A DNA stretch of 39,815 nt, taken from NCBI RefSeq assembly GCF_001194135.2, contig NC_068997.1, positions 37,741,595-37,781,409 of the forward strand, in the 5' to 3' direction. Position 1 is the stretch's first letter; every line of letters starts with the position of its first letter. Under the pieces are notes generated by a model. The model was not told where the DNA came from, searched no databases, and was given only the letters and a program-made list of their open reading frames with translations. The translations under genes and the position numbers were made by a program. The DNA comes from Octopus bimaculoides. Lineage: Eukaryota. This document shows, piece by piece, positions 12,590-25,208 of the stretch.

Positions 12590-12887
12590 CTTAAAAAGGA
12601 AAAGAGTAAAATATGAAGATAAGTTCATTAGTGCAAGCAATATGTGAATTTATGAGAACTAATTTCAAGAACCTTCATTTAGAAACGCCAGAGATTTTTT
12701 AATCTTAAAATAAGTTTTTGTTTAGCAAGATTTTGTTTATGAAATTATACTTTTTAAGATCCTGATCATTTAGTTTGGTGGTAATAAATACATCACTATA
12801 TTATAACTGCGTGAAAGCTTTTACTAGGAAAGGTAGAATTAGTGTCTGTCTGATTTTATTTAAAATCACATTTATTAAAATACTTAC

Positions 12888-13157
12888 TTTCAATTTTTAG
12901 CTGTGCAGTGCTGTATGTAATACCGTTTGTATTTTCTGCAGCACATTGGTACATACCATTGTCTCTTTTTCCGTCAGTTTTCGATATTGTAAGCGTATTT
13001 TTATTAATTTGAATGTCTCCATTAGATACGAGTTGTTTAGTATCTTTTAACCACGAATAAGTTATAGACGGTCGACCTTCAGCCAAGCATCGCCACGTAA
13101 ATTTTGCACCTGGTTCGACCAACTGTGACTTCAGTTCTATCACGAAATATGGTTTTG
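12888..13157 (-). CDS. CNTN: Contactin-like exon (Ig domain 4)
   Basis: cctccag|CA AAA CCA ... GAA A|gtaagt; 270 nt, phase 1 to 1. Lies in ORF 12856..13182: KPYFVIELKSQLV...FTWRCLAEGRPSITYSWLKD...DNGMYQCAAEN..YSTAQLKI. Confidence 0.95.
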
Positions 13158-13489
13158 CTGGAGGATGAAAAGGAAACTGCACCAGTTAAGTCATCCTATA
13201 TCGTTTTATCAATCTCCTACCACACATACAAACGTATACATATATGTATAAATACATACACATAGATAAATACACACTTATAATAAAATAATATTGAGTT
13301 TTGAGACTTTTTTTCAGGAGAGGCAGTTATAACTATCCTAGAATATTGTAATTTTAGTGTATCATTATTATACATCTAATAAGCTTACCTGCCAACTTTT
13401 GTTATTCTAGATTGAAGATGACGGCTGTAACAACACTTCGAACACACCCTAAAAAACACTGCTTGTCACAGCTGACTAGTTTGCAGAAT

Positions 13490-13870
13490 TCAGTCAGGAC
13501 ATGAAGACACATTGAAAGCTTATTATGCAATTAAGTTTCGTGTTAAACTGGATAAAACACTACAGAAATTTATGAAATGTTCCAGACTGCTTATGTTTTA
13601 CTTTGTATGAGCCAATTTTTTGTTTTGCGCTAGCACAAGGGGCCAGGCAGAGCAAGTCCATTGGAAAAAATAAGATAGTCGCTTTCTTTGACAGCGAGGG
13701 CATCATCTGCATACACTGGATGTCCTTTGGCGAAACGGTCAACAAGGAATAATTTGGAGAGGTTTTGAGGGAGTTCAGGAAGAGGTTTCGCAGCAAAAAC
13801 CCAGAGCACATACTCCAGGACAATGTATCAGCTCACAATGCCATCCTGGTAACCAACTACTTGACAGAGG
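13490..13870 (+). mobile_element. Degenerate mariner transposase remnant
   Basis: YYAIKFRVKLDK...EMFQTAY (HTH start), then FFDSEGIICIHWMSFGETVNKE...EVLR..RKRFRSKNPE and QDNV.AHN. Confidence 0.7.
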
Positions 13871-13889
13871 ACCAGATAGGAATGTGGTT

Positions 13890-14600
13890 CTATGAGAAAG
13901 AGTTAGGAAGAGAGGACGTGGGGTGGTGTGTACATGTATAGGAAGGTGTCCGTGTAAAGAGATGGCCAGGTAGGGAAAAGTGAGAGTAGTATGAGGTGCA
14001 GGTGGTTAGATAGGGGTGATTGGATTTGTAGAATTGGAGGTGTGAAGAAAGAAAGCGTATAGGTGTGGATGTGATACAGGTGAGAAAAAAGTTGGGTAAA
14101 CAGTGAAGAAAACAGTAAAGTTGGTGAGAATAAATATCATACAAAAAGAAGTACAAGGTCAGAGGAAAAGTTACGAAGTCGATAAATTGTGAGTAAAAGT
14201 AATAAAAGTGAAGAGGCTGGGTATAATATTCGAAAAAGCATTTGAGCATGAAAGAACATTTAAAATAGAAACGTTCTTTTTCCAAGGGAATTATAAAAAA
14301 AAAAGGATTGTTACAAAAAGGAATTGTGCTGAGGACAAAGTTATCTTCCCAGGTGGAGAGGAACCCTGTAGTGAAAGCTGTAATGGAATCTAATGTAGAG
14401 GGGGTTAAAGATCCATAATAAGATCAGTGCATGAAATTCAAGGTTGTTAAGTACAGAAATGACATCTATTCTAACGTAGAGCGGCATATGTATAAATGAA
14501 CTCAGAAGGAACTGAGTATTATCAATACCATGAATTAGAACATCAAAGACCAAGGTTGGAATTATTTAAAATTCCATATAAAATACTGCGCCTATTTGAA
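13890..14600 (-). mobile_element. Possible very old Penelope-like RT remnant
   Basis: Weak matches only: IFNPLYIRFH resembles DVxSLYTNIPH, and FYKSNHPYLTTCTSYYSH resembles YxKPTxxxxYLxxxSxH. Confidence 0.3.
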
Positions 14601-14636
14601 AGTAATTTCCGGAGAATTCAGAGTCAGTGTACTGTA

Positions 14637-14654
14637 CACGCGCACGCACGCACG

Positions 14655-14743
<89 letters not shown>
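14637..14743. repeat. (CACG)n(CA)n microsatellite
   Basis: Read directly. Other CA/TG or GA/CT tracts at 7757-7812, 7960-7987, 16880-16920, 20674-20772, 26392-26447 and 31720-31752; (CAT)n at 19207-19262; (TGA)n at 37214-37272. Confidence 0.95.
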
Positions 14744-14749
<6 letters not shown>

Positions 14750-15172
14750 GCGTGTGTACGTTTGTGTTTGCGTGAGTGTGCTTATATTTGTGTGTCTGTG
14801 TCGAGTGCCGAGCTGTAGAAACATGTACAAATATGATTATTATAAAGCATTAATGATGCGAAAGCTAGAAAAGCAGCAGCTATAAGGGTAGCTTTTTCAA
14901 TACCATATTAGTTATCACCCATGTTAAGACTTTGCGGTCTCATCAAATGTGCTACAAAGATAGGAAATAAGATGAATTATAAAAGATGTTATTATAGATG
15001 CCTCACACTGAAGAATTAAATCACAGAAGTAAAGAGAGAGACAGAGAGAAATGGAACGATATGTTTTACACATAAATAAGTACACATTTGCATCTTTGAG
15101 TACATAAATAAGTACACATTTGCATCAAATCATCGAGTTCTCGGTAATATAGGAAATACAGGAAATACTAAC

Positions 15173-15363
15173 ATTGTAGTAGTAACGTATAATTTTTACT
15201 GTCCGATTTTGCCCCATTGGCATTTGAGTTTACGATACATTTGTAAGTTCCTTCGTCTTGTCGTTTAGCATTCTTGATCGTGAGAACACGATTCAGATCT
15301 GAAAATGTAGCTCGGGAGGAAATTTCCCCGTTAATTTTTTCCCATTTGTATATGAATGGACTC
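15173..15363 (-). CDS. CNTN: Contactin-like exon (Ig domain 3, second half)
   Basis: ttgcag|G AGT CCA ... CAA T|gttagt; 191 nt, phase 2 to 1. Encodes SPFIYKWEKINGEISSRATFSDLNRVLTIKNAKRQDEGTYKCIVNS...LLLQ. Confidence 0.93.
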
Positions 15364-16032
15364 CTGCAATGAATAATTTTTTTATTATTTAAATAAAAAG
15401 AAGAGATAAAGAATTTTTCCGGACATTAAAAATAAGCATCAACATGAAGCAAAATTATTAAAAATATACAATGATTAAATCTTACAAGGAATAATCGACT
15501 ATTACCTGTCTAATTATTACCCGAGTACTATATTTAAAATATATTCCTGCAAAACGTTAAGCGCGTAGCTGGAAACATTATGGAATATATATGAAGTGTG
15601 GATACATTCATTATATAGTAAAGATTTTAGTAAAGAAACTGAATTGAAGAAATACTAGACTATAGAATGGATGATTATAATTTTGATTCTTTGGCTCCGA
15701 TATAGATATCATATCCATGCTATCTAGTTTAACATAAATGCTTAACAGATGTTTTCTATGATCAGTCAATAGTTCTTGAATGTAAAACATCAGACGAAAG
15801 TTACAAAAGGTGCGAATTCAAATATATGCTATATTTTGAAATTGTTATGCCTCGTTTATTTATTTTTGTTTACCACTGTTCTTAAAGCATATCACAATGA
15901 GGTGAACACTACTTTCATATTTCTATAATAATAAATCTAAATAATATTCAGATGTCTTTAGAGTTGACAATATACCAACTCTTAGAAAGTGTGATCTTGT
16001 GTTAAATGAAAAAGCAAACAATATTAACTCAC

Positions 16033-16147
16033 GAGAAAGTTCCATACGCAAAACATTCCATTCGTATCTCATCACCAATCATTGGCAAAGACGGAAAAAC
16101 AGCAATGAATTCATTCAAAATTTCTGGTCCAAAATTTGCTTTCGAGG
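16033..16147 (-). CDS. CNTN: Contactin-like exon (Ig domain 3, first half)
   Basis: aaatag|CC TCG AAA ... TTC TC|gtgagt; 115 nt, phase 1 to 2. Encodes SKANFGPEILNEFIAVFPSLPMIGDEIRMECFAYGTF (VFP..P..GD..R.EC.A.G as in insect Contactin Ig3). Confidence 0.92.
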
Positions 16148-16358
16148 CTATTTTGATAAATAAACATAAATATGTAAATATAATATGTATGAATCTTTTT
16201 AATGATTTAACAACTATCAAAGGAGTACGTTAGTTTCAGTGAAAATATGAAATATTTTAAGAGAAAGTAATTATCTTCGAACTGAATTTCAATTTGGACT
16301 CACAGCTCAATAAATAATCCAGATTCTAATGTTGTTTTATAAAAACAGTTAAACTTAC

Positions 16359-16592
16359 ATCCTGTAGTTACCTCAAGTTCAATCTCTTTGCTTATTCTTG
16401 ATGGGGCTTGGTCGGTGGTCAACTGCAAATGACCTGATCCAGACAACGTAACCATACAGTAATATTTTCCAGCATCGGGACCACCTATCTCTGAGAAATA
16501 TAGACGACCATTGTTCGAGATAAACATATATTGCTGCCTTTCTGTCTTAATATAGTTTGTTACACTGTCCTTAGTCCACTGGTATCGTAAAC
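16359..16592 (-). CDS. CNTN: Contactin-like exon (Ig domain 2, second half)
   Basis: ttttag|GT TTA CGA ... GGA T|gtaagt; 234 nt, phase 1 to 1. Encodes LRYQWTKD...MFISNNGRLYFSEIGGPDAGKYYCMVT; the FIS.NG.LYFS..D.G.Y.C pattern is characteristic of contactin Ig2. Confidence 0.93.
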
Positions 16593-16878
16593 CTAAAAAT
16601 CAGAATAGTTTTCAAAAAACATAATTTCACAATTTAATAGAGGAAAATGATTACGTACAGATTTCATACATTTGATAAAGATAAGTTCTATAATACATTG
16701 TACCATTGAAGAGAAACACTGTTAACACAACAATAATCTAACATCCATAGAAAGCTATACGCATGTATAAATTAAGTGACTAGGCTTCAAATGGATTGAT
16801 CAACATAAATAGAATGAAAACTGCTGAGAAGGTATTAATTACCAGAAGAAATAGAAGCTATCCATGCACACATGCACG

Positions 16879-16920
<42 letters not shown>

Positions 16921-17539
16921 NNNNNNNNNNNNNNNNNNNNNNNNNNNNNNNNNNNNNNNNNNNNNNNNNNNNNNNNNNNNNNNNNNNNNNNNNNNNNNNN
17001 NNNNNNNNNNNNNNNNNNNNNNNNNNNNNNNNNNNNNNNNNNNNNNNNNNNNNNNNNNNNNNNNNNNNNNNNNNNNNNNNNNNNNNNNNNNNNNNNNNNN
17101 NNNNNNNNNNNNNNNNNNNNNNNNNNNNNNNNNNNNNNNNNNNNNNNNNNNNNNNNNNNNNNNNNNNNNNNNNNNNNNNNNNNNNNNNNNNNNNNNNNNN
17201 NNNNNNNNNNNNNNNNNNNNNNNNNNGTATATAGGTAGGTAGTGGGAGGAACTTAGTTAGGTAGGTAGGTAGGTAGGTCAGTCGATAGATAGGTAGGTAA
17301 ACGTAACTAGGTTTTAAATATATTTAAATGGAGAACAAAATACACACAAAAACGATTATTATGAAAAGAAACAAGAGTGTTAACATCACTACTATTGAGG
17401 TGGGAGGGGTTTACATGATCAGGGAGGGGTAAGTCGAGCTTATGAATATCGATAACTATTCTCTTGGATAGTATTTATTCCGGGTCCGAGGCTATTGAGG
17501 CCAGGGGGAGCAGCACTTCGAAGGTCAGTATTAGAAGAG

Positions 17540-18300
17540 GTATGATGGGTCAAATTTGGGTGTGGATGTGAATAATCTCTAGTAGTATGAGAGTGAAGAG
17601 TATGATGTATGTATTCGCTTCGCCGTAGTTACTGGTGTTAATGGTACTAATTGCAGGGGCGTTAGTGGTGTCCCTGCTACTGCTAAGGTAAAAAGTAAGA
17701 CTTTTCGTCGTTACGGTGTTACTATCAACTTGACTGAAATGGAAGCCAAAAGGGTGGTTCACACGGCCCATAATCAAGCGACCAATTTCGTACTTATTTG
17801 AAGTGGCCGTTACAGATCCCAAGTTTGAGGTTGTGGAGCATGAAATTTTAATCGAGGGTTTATAAAAAAACTTATGGTCGTGTGGGAAATTGGAGTTTAG
17901 AATTTTGAAAAAGAGCTTAGGTGTATATTTAACTTAAAAACAAACGGGGTAATACCTTGAAGGCCCTAGGATCATTATGCTTATGGTAAGAGTAGTAGAG
18001 GTTAGAAGAGTTACGTTCAAGAAGTTGACTACTTTAGTAATATTTTCGAATGAAATAGAGTGATTACAGTTTTTAAAGAACTTATGGAGGGCTTTCCAGA
18101 TGCGCTAAATAGACGGCATTGACATCCCCTGGCTGTGAGGAGTATCATTCCTGTATAAATCCCACCAGGTAGGTGGGGTAAGTGCCAATTTATTTGTGAA
18201 AGAAGTGACCGTTAGATTCGGAACTTGGGCAGAGTCCAAGGAGCCCATAGCGATATCGGGGAAGTTTATAGTAGAATTAACGCGACAAGCATTTGTTATC
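17540..18300 (-). mobile_element. Penelope-like RT remnant
   Basis: DIAMGSLDSAQV.NL...NKL...DLYRND (MGSxDxAxV...GLYRDD), KVVNFLNVTL (VNFLDVT) and FFKILNSNFPHDHK...KISCST.SNL (FLxLIDKHFP...KISYSCMPN). Confidence 0.75.
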
Positions 18301-18429
18301 AAAAAACAGGAGTACTTTTTTAGCTGCTAAGATAATTTCGATATCCGACCGAGAAAAGGATGCAAATTTTCTCGCGAAAATTAGGAACTTAAGAGTGTCA
18401 GCTAATACGTTCATAGGCTGACTAAGATA

Positions 18430-19185
18430 CTCTAATGGAATGTGACCAATTGAGGTTTATATTTCAACATTGTCCCCCTTGCAGTCTACATACTTCTTCC
18501 ATGGGTATTGCAATACTTGGATTCCATTGGAGAAGAAGCTTTCATCCTGATCGTCAAAAAAGTCATCAACAGCAGATATAAACGTCATTATTTTGCGAGA
18601 CTGATTCTCAGCCAAGTGCTTTTTTTTCATGTTGGGGAACAGATGATAGTCAGATGGAACCAAATAAGGAGAAAAGAGATAGTGATCAACCAATTCGAAG
18701 CCAAAGTCATGCAAGCAACTATTGAAACCAAGGCCTTGTGTTCTGATGGAACAAGAGTCCTATCGTCAATTTGTCTAGGCGTTTTATCTTCAAAGACTTT
18801 TGTAACTGCCTCTGTAAGTTGGTATAGTACTCGCAATTGATAATGTGGCCCTTTTCAAGATAATAAGTTGGCATAATGCCTTTTTCAGCCCCCCAAAATT
18901 GAAGCCGTCCCTGCTGCTGAAACGACCTTAGCCTTTTTTGGAGCAGGTGAGGAGGGATGTTCCAACTATATGGATTATCTCTTCGTTTCTGGCTCAAAGT
19001 GATGATTCGAACGCTCATCCTGGGTTAGGAAACGTTCAAAGAAACCAGCTGGATATGTCTGAAAGAATACCAGATCTTCCCTTGATGTGATTAACCTGGT
19101 GCTCTTTTGATCAGGTGTTAGAAGTAGCACCCACCGAACAGATTTCTTCATCGTGCGAAGTTCATAGTGCAGAATATTCTCAACT
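18430..19185 (-). mobile_element. Mariner transposase remnant, C-terminal half
   Basis: FFERFLTQDERSNHHFEPETKR, GLLFHQNT, and FSPYLVPSDYHLFPNMKK...FF..GIQVLQYPWKKYVDCKGDNVE (YSPDLAPSDY motif). Confidence 0.85.
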
Positions 19186-19205
19186 CTCTCACTGGATATG
19201 CTAGT

Positions 19206-19264
<59 letters not shown>

Positions 19265-19693
19265 ATTAAAAATATATTAGAAACAATCATATACGATTGC
19301 ATGTAGGATAATTATCGAAAGTTAACGATTATTGAACAAATATTCTTTCAAAGCTTTAAATAATTAAATCGGGAATTTCCTCAAAATTATTAGTGCATAA
19401 ATAAATACTAAATGAATCAGAGCATTTTAAGTTAAAAATGATAATTACTACTATTATTTACTGAATGATTACTGCTACCTTAAAAACATATTGCATTATT
19501 TCGAATTTAATTAATCAAACACATACGAACATGGTTTGATATCGGATGTTAAGCCTTGAAGGATATTCACCTCCATACCCTACTTTTTTTCAATGCAAAG
19601 CCCAAGTATTTACTTTTATTGTGACTTTGTATATAAACAACATTTTGCTAAAGGATATATACTATCGACAGACGTAGTATTAATAACGAGAAG

Positions 19694-19817
19694 TAATATT
19701 TATGCCCACTTAAGCGTAGATGTTCTGTTAGAACAAACAACATTGCAGCAGATACCATGAGCATAGTATAGTTTTTTTTCTAAATGAACATCCACATTTA
19801 AGTGGGTATAAATATTA
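19694..19817. repeat. Fold-back: ~45-bp imperfect inverted repeats with a ~32-bp spacer
   Basis: taatatttatgcccacttaagcgtagatgttctgttagaacaaac versus the reverse complement of gttttttttctaaatgaacatccacatttaagtgggtataaatatta. A related arm lies at 37874-37940. Confidence 0.65.
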
Positions 19818-20180
19818 GATTTTGCTAAAGGAAACTATCAAGGAATAACCATAATGATGAAGAGGAAATTCAAAATTTGAAGTTAGAATGCATATGTATG
19901 TAATTAAACACCAAATACATTTTGTCCTGATCTACAGATTCTATCATCTACTGTGTTAAGAAAATATGTTATTATCTAAAACGATATAGAGAGTGTACAT
20001 CTCATAGATTCTTAGATGAATTAACATCTTATATTCAAACTTTTATTAGACATCTAATATGAGAAATGAACTTTAGAGTTGATTTATATATTACATTGAT
20101 AGAACTATAAATCGATATGAGAAGAAATGGATATATATTGAATCAATGATGATTTACAAGAAATATTTAAAAAATATTAC

Positions 20181-20276
20181 CGGGTTTGCCTTGAATTTTC
20201 GGACACTGAAGAATTTTATAATTGTAATCCGTAGCAAGTTCTTTTTCAGGTTTTATGTTAGAGAAATATCCAAGGG
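20181..20276 (-). CDS. CNTN: Contactin-like exon (Ig domain 2, first half)
   Basis: ttttag|CC CTT GGA ... CCC G|gtaata; 96 nt, phase 1 to 1. Encodes LGYFSNIKPEKELATDYNYKILQCPKIQGKP and supplies the first Ig2 cysteine missing from the next exon. Confidence 0.85.
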
Positions 20277-20447
20277 CTAAAATAAAAACATGTGTACTAT
20301 AGTTTCAATAGTTGAAATTTAACGTTTGAAAATCAAATGTAAAATAAAAATGATTTTTCCAATTATTACTGAACAGTATTTATTTTGTATGTTCCAGATG
20401 TTATAAAGTTACATCTCCTGAATTTGTGTATATATATATATACACAC

Positions 20448-20640
20448 GACGGGCTTCTTTTAGTTTCCGTCTATCAAATCCACTCACAAGGCTTTGGTCG
20501 GCTCGAGGCTATAGTAGAAGACACTTGCCAAAAGTGTCATGTAGTGGGACTGAACTCGGAACCGTGAGGTTGGGAAGCAAGCTTCTAACCACACAGTCAC
20601 TTTTGTACCTAGTTTCTTACCACACACTCACTCCTGCGCC
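20448..20640 (-). mobile_element. tRNA-derived SINE, family B, head
   Basis: The minus strand reads GGCGCAGGAGT...GTGGTTAGAAGCTTGCTTCCCAACC...CCGAGTTCAGTCCC; homologous to 26130-26292. Confidence 0.75.
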
Positions 20641-20682
20641 ATATATATGTATATATATGACGGGCTTCTTTACGTGTGTGTG

Positions 20683-20715
<33 letters not shown>

Positions 20716-20727
20716 NNNNNNNNNNTG

Positions 20728-20769
<42 letters not shown>

Positions 20770-20776
<7 letters not shown>

Positions 20777-20990
20777 CTGTGTTTTTCCCCCACCAATGCT
20801 TGACAACAGGTGTTGATATGTTTATGTCTCCGCAACTTAGCTGTTCGGCGAAAGAGCCCGAAAGAATAAGTACCAGGCTTTAAAAAACTTAGTACTGGGA
20901 TCGTTTCGTTCGACTAAAAGTTCTTAAAGGTGATGTCTCAGCATGGCCGCAGTCTAATGACTGAAACAAGTAAAAAAGATGATAAAGATA
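20770..20990 (+). mobile_element. SINE family B, body and tail
   Basis: gcttgacaac...gaataagtacc...agcatggccgcagtc.aatgactgaaacaag is the reverse complement of 25893-26110. Confidence 0.7.
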
Positions 20991-21103
20991 AAAATATACG
21001 CAAATACTTAATAGAACAATAAACTACATAATGCTATTGAAGGTGAAAGTGAGAAAAACAGTACAGATCCCTCATAATCTCAGTTTAAAATACTAATACT
21101 TAC

Positions 21104-21427
21104 AACCTGCTATGAGTTGTGCGTTGGTACTATAAATTGAACCGAATTCATTCGATGCCACACACTTATAGTCAGTTGCCGAATCAGTAGCTTCCGGATC
21201 AGTAATTGTGAGTCGCCCATTTGTTACTGTATATCGTCTGTTGACGGAAGACGAAAGTTCTTGGTTTCCTTTGTACCATTTATATTTTACTTGCGGATTT
21301 CCAGATGCCAAACATTCAAGTACGACGGACTGGTCTGCGCCAGACACAAAAACAGTATTATTTGGCTCCATTTTCATTATAGGACCTCTTTTTATGTTGT
21401 TTTTATTTTTCACTTCAACACCATAAT
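21104..21427 (-). CDS. CNTN: Contactin-like exon (Ig domain 1)
   Basis: tttcag|AT TAT GGT ... GGT T|gtaagt; 324 nt, phase 1 to 1. Overlaps ORF 21093..21413: RGPIMKMEP...VVLECLASGNPQVKYKWYK...DYKCVASNEFGSIYS. Confidence 0.95.
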
Positions 21428-21799
21428 CTGAAAAAATGCTATGCCTGACAGTTTACGAAAGAAATGTGATCTATGCTTTACGTGAATTTACTGAATTTAA
21501 CACTAATTTAATTAACTTTCATAAGACTGGCTTCAAAGAAACACCTGAAGAAATATCAATAAAAATAGCATTCAAATTCAGACCTTATGAAAATAATGTA
21601 TTAAGTTATCAGCTGATGTATATTGAACACATTAGAAATAATTATATTGCGGAAAACGATATATTTTAGTGATAAATTAGGTCTAAAATCTAGCAATATT
21701 AATATAAAAATGCACGCTGTTCATTAAAAACGTGTTAAACTAATTATATCGCGGTTAAATATCCACATTTTCGTATTTTGACTGTGAAAAGTCACTTAC

Positions 21800-21907
21800 C
21801 TAGTCCTGTGTTTTTTTCCAATATTCGATACGTTTCATCCTGACTTATTTTGCAAATATATGCATGCACATCAGTCTTTTCAGTAACAGACCAGCCAAAG
21901 TTATTAC
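21800..21907 (-). CDS. CNTN: Contactin-like exon (CTLD end and linker)
   Basis: tttcag|GT AAT AAC ... CTA G|gtaagt; 108 nt, phase 1 to 1. Encodes NNFGWSVTEKTDVHAYICKISQDETYRILEKNTGL (YIC closes the CTLD). Confidence 0.9.
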
Positions 21908-22681
21908 CTGAAATATGCGTAAAGATATATAATTAGCATTTACAAAACATAATTTAATTCGAAAAAAATTCTTCTTACCTCATGAGCTATAAAATATGTG
22001 CTTGCTATTCACTTGATATTAAGAAAGTACTCTTTATGTCACTGTTGCGAAACCAGCACTTTCTATTTTAGTCATTTAACCTCCAGTGCATGGTATTTTA
22101 TCACTTTTAATATACGCTACATCTCTCTATTTTAATGTGTTTTCTGATTTGTCCTTAATGACTGTAATTCTGCCAATATATTCATTTGGTTTATTCTTCT
22201 TAATTCTTTTCTGTATTGTGATTCATTGATGCAACAGAGAGCACAAAGAGATATAACTTATTTACAACAGTCAACAACACCCTGGAATAAACACACGCTT
22301 CAGTTCAACAATAAACGCGTAAGTTGATCGCACATTTGGGGGGACGAACTGAAACGTTCAATGAGAAATCAAGTACCTATAGGTAACTGCGTTTGTCAGT
22401 GGAGGGTACAACAAAAGGATAAAAAATTCAGGAAGAAAAGCGTCTGAAAAGTGTGTGGAATGCAATTTGACCCCTCAAATAAACGGAAACAATATAGATC
22501 AGTAAATGTCTCTTTCCGAATTGAGAAAATGAAAAAGCACTCTGCTAATTCTTATGTCTCGGATGAATTAAACCGAACTTCTATTCAAATGGTTCGACTA
22601 CCGAAGTAACGATTTATAACGTGCCTCCAAACTATATCCTACTTACAAAGAATTGACAATTGTATTTTTTCTGATCTGATC

Positions 22682-24342
22682 GTGACTTCTTCAAGTAGAC
22701 ATAGATATGTGAATAATCTTGGTGGCTTCTGCTATGTCTGTAGTTCCTTCACACTTATTCGTCAAAGACACACAATATCAAATCGTTTGTCAGTCGGGCT
22801 TATAAAGCCTATTTTGTAATTCTCCTAAGCAACCAAGGCAAACCAAGGCAAAAATGGGCCCCTCATGTTGTGTGTCATAACTGTGAGGAAATGCTTTGTG
22901 GCTGGATAAAAAGCAAACGAAAGGGCCTGCTGTTTGGAGTTCTTATGGTTTGGCAAGAGCCCAGGGACTACACAAGTGACTGTTATTTTTGTATGATTAA
23001 CACAGACGTTATTGACAAGAAAATTAGGCGTAAAATATCTTATCCCAATATTCCTCTAGCATTTGACCTATTATGCACTTTGAGACACTCCTGATTCCAG
23101 TTTTCCTTGGGTTTACCTCTTCTAAAGATGAAGCTAGTGAACAAGAGTACGAAGATGATAACGAAAATCCAGAAATTACTTCAGAATTCTAACTCCACAA
23201 CAGTTTAGCCAAACAGAACTGAATGATTTAGTGCGTGATTTAGGAATCTCCAAAATTGCAGCTGAAGTTTTAGCGTCCAAGCTGCAAGAAAAACATCTAC
23301 TTGACCAAACTGCAAAAGTTTCTTATTTTCAAAAACGAGACCAGATTTTTGTGTCATTTTCTCGAAAGAGAAACATTTTGTTTACTGCCACGATATTCCC
23401 GGTCTTCTCCGGCAATTAAGGAATCTCCTCGTACAGTTCAACTGACTGGCGGCGATTATTTCTAAATAGCTCTAAGCGAAGCCTAAATCTGTTCTCCTAT
23501 ACAATGGCAATGTTTATAGAGCTACCCCTGTTAGTCACTCAGTGCGTTTGCAAGAAGAATACAATGACATAAAAAATAGCTATTGACGAACTAAAATACG
23601 AGCAAAACTGGACAATTCCTATAAATTTGAAAATGGTCAGTTTCCTCCTCGGCCAACAGAAAAGTTTCACAAAATATCTTTGCTATTTCTGCATGCGGGA
23701 CAGCCGAGCTCGAGAGAAACACTGGATTCAGAAGTGGCCCATTCGTTAGACTCTGGAAGCAGACATGCCAAATATTGTGAATGATCCAGTTGTCAGCCGA
23801 GAAAAGATTATTTTCCCACCACTCCATATAAGGTTGGGCTTGATGAAGCATTCCACTAAGGCATTGCATGTTGATGGTGAAGGTTTTCAACATATAGTCT
23901 CTGCATTTCCTGGTTTGTCATTCGAGAAGATCAAAACAGGTGTGTTTGACAGATTTCAGATTCGTGCCCTTATATATGATGAGGAATTTGCCGGAAAGAT
24001 GAATGACAAGGAAAGAGCAGTCATAAAAATGTTTTTAGAAGCAGGAAAGCAGATGAAATTCTTGTAAATGATATGCTGTCGGCTTTCTATGATCTTAGGT
24101 GTAACATGAACATTAAACTCCATTTCCTGCATAGTCACATCAATCAATTCCCTGAAAACCTTGGAGATATAAGTGATAAACAAGGAGAGCGTTTCTACCA
24201 AGACCTCAAGACCATGGAAGAGCGTTATCAAGGGCAATGTGATAAAAACATGACGGCAGACTCCTGATGGAACACCAAACGAGATTTCTCTGGGAAAGTC
24301 TACAAGCACAAGAGCTCTAAACACAAATTCTTACCTGAATAA
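22682..24342 (+). mobile_element. Chapaev3-type (CMC superfamily) DNA transposase pseudogene
   Basis: Through frameshifts: FCYVC, WAPHVVCHNC, WQEPRDY.SDCYFC, SSKRSL, LKMVSFLLGQQ..FTKY.CYFC.RDSRAR..HW, PPLHIRLGLMK, KLHFLHSH...FPENLGDISDKQGERFYQD...MEERYQG; stop at 24342. TIRs not resolved. Confidence 0.85.
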
Positions 24343-25208
24343 GATCTATTTGTGCTTTATCTTCCATCCTAATCAGTTTCTTAACTATGTACACCTATCA
24401 TTTGTATATAATATATATTTTCAACTTAAAAGCAAATGGAAAAAAAAAACAAAGCCAAAAAAACACTGGGATATGGTAATATTTATTTTACTCAGCACCG
24501 GAAAAAGAAATATTTTTAAAGCTTAATTTTTATTGTGGTGTACTAACTTGTATATATGAATAAAGTTAGAATCTCAATGCATAGATATTTGTTCTTTTCC
24601 ACCTAGTATAACAAGATTATCAGACTGATTACATCATATCTCGGGAAATATTCGAAATATAAAAATACTATAATTACAAGAAATGCAGAGCTTACAGGGA
24701 AAACTGACTTCATGTTTGAATTTAGCTTACTCAAATTAGGTAATACCAATTGTTCGTTTCAATGCAACAAAATTTTGTTGGCTTGTGTAATAGATTTTCG
24801 GTTTTCCTCTCACAGCAACCCCGGCGGAGATTTCGAATATGATTCTCATATTTTAAAGCATTATTGTAGTAGTAGCAGAAAGGAGAAATCGATGATGTTT
24901 TAATTGACCATCTGACTTATCGTCTCTTTGTAAAGCAGCAGGTACAAAACAAAATTTCACTGCTACCTACTTATATATAACCAATATGCAACAGCAGCGG
25001 CACTAATTAAAATGAAAAGCAATAAAAAACATCTACAAAATCACTATAAAAAAACAAACAACGTAAATCAGAATCTCACCTCTATTTCTCCGTCAAGCAA
25101 GAAAATCCATGAAACTTATTACCACCAGATAATATTCCGTTATCTTGTGATGATAAGCAACAAACAATAACGGCAGAAGCAACAACCAAAATAACGACNN
25201 NNNNNNNN

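Noticed and set aside
21979-21986. Possible microexon ttttatag|CTCATGAG|gtaaga, 71 nt upstream of the 21907 acceptor
   Set aside because: At 8 nt it shifts the frame and leads to a stop within the next exon, and the reading frame is complete without it. It could only be a poison exon, for which there is no evidence.
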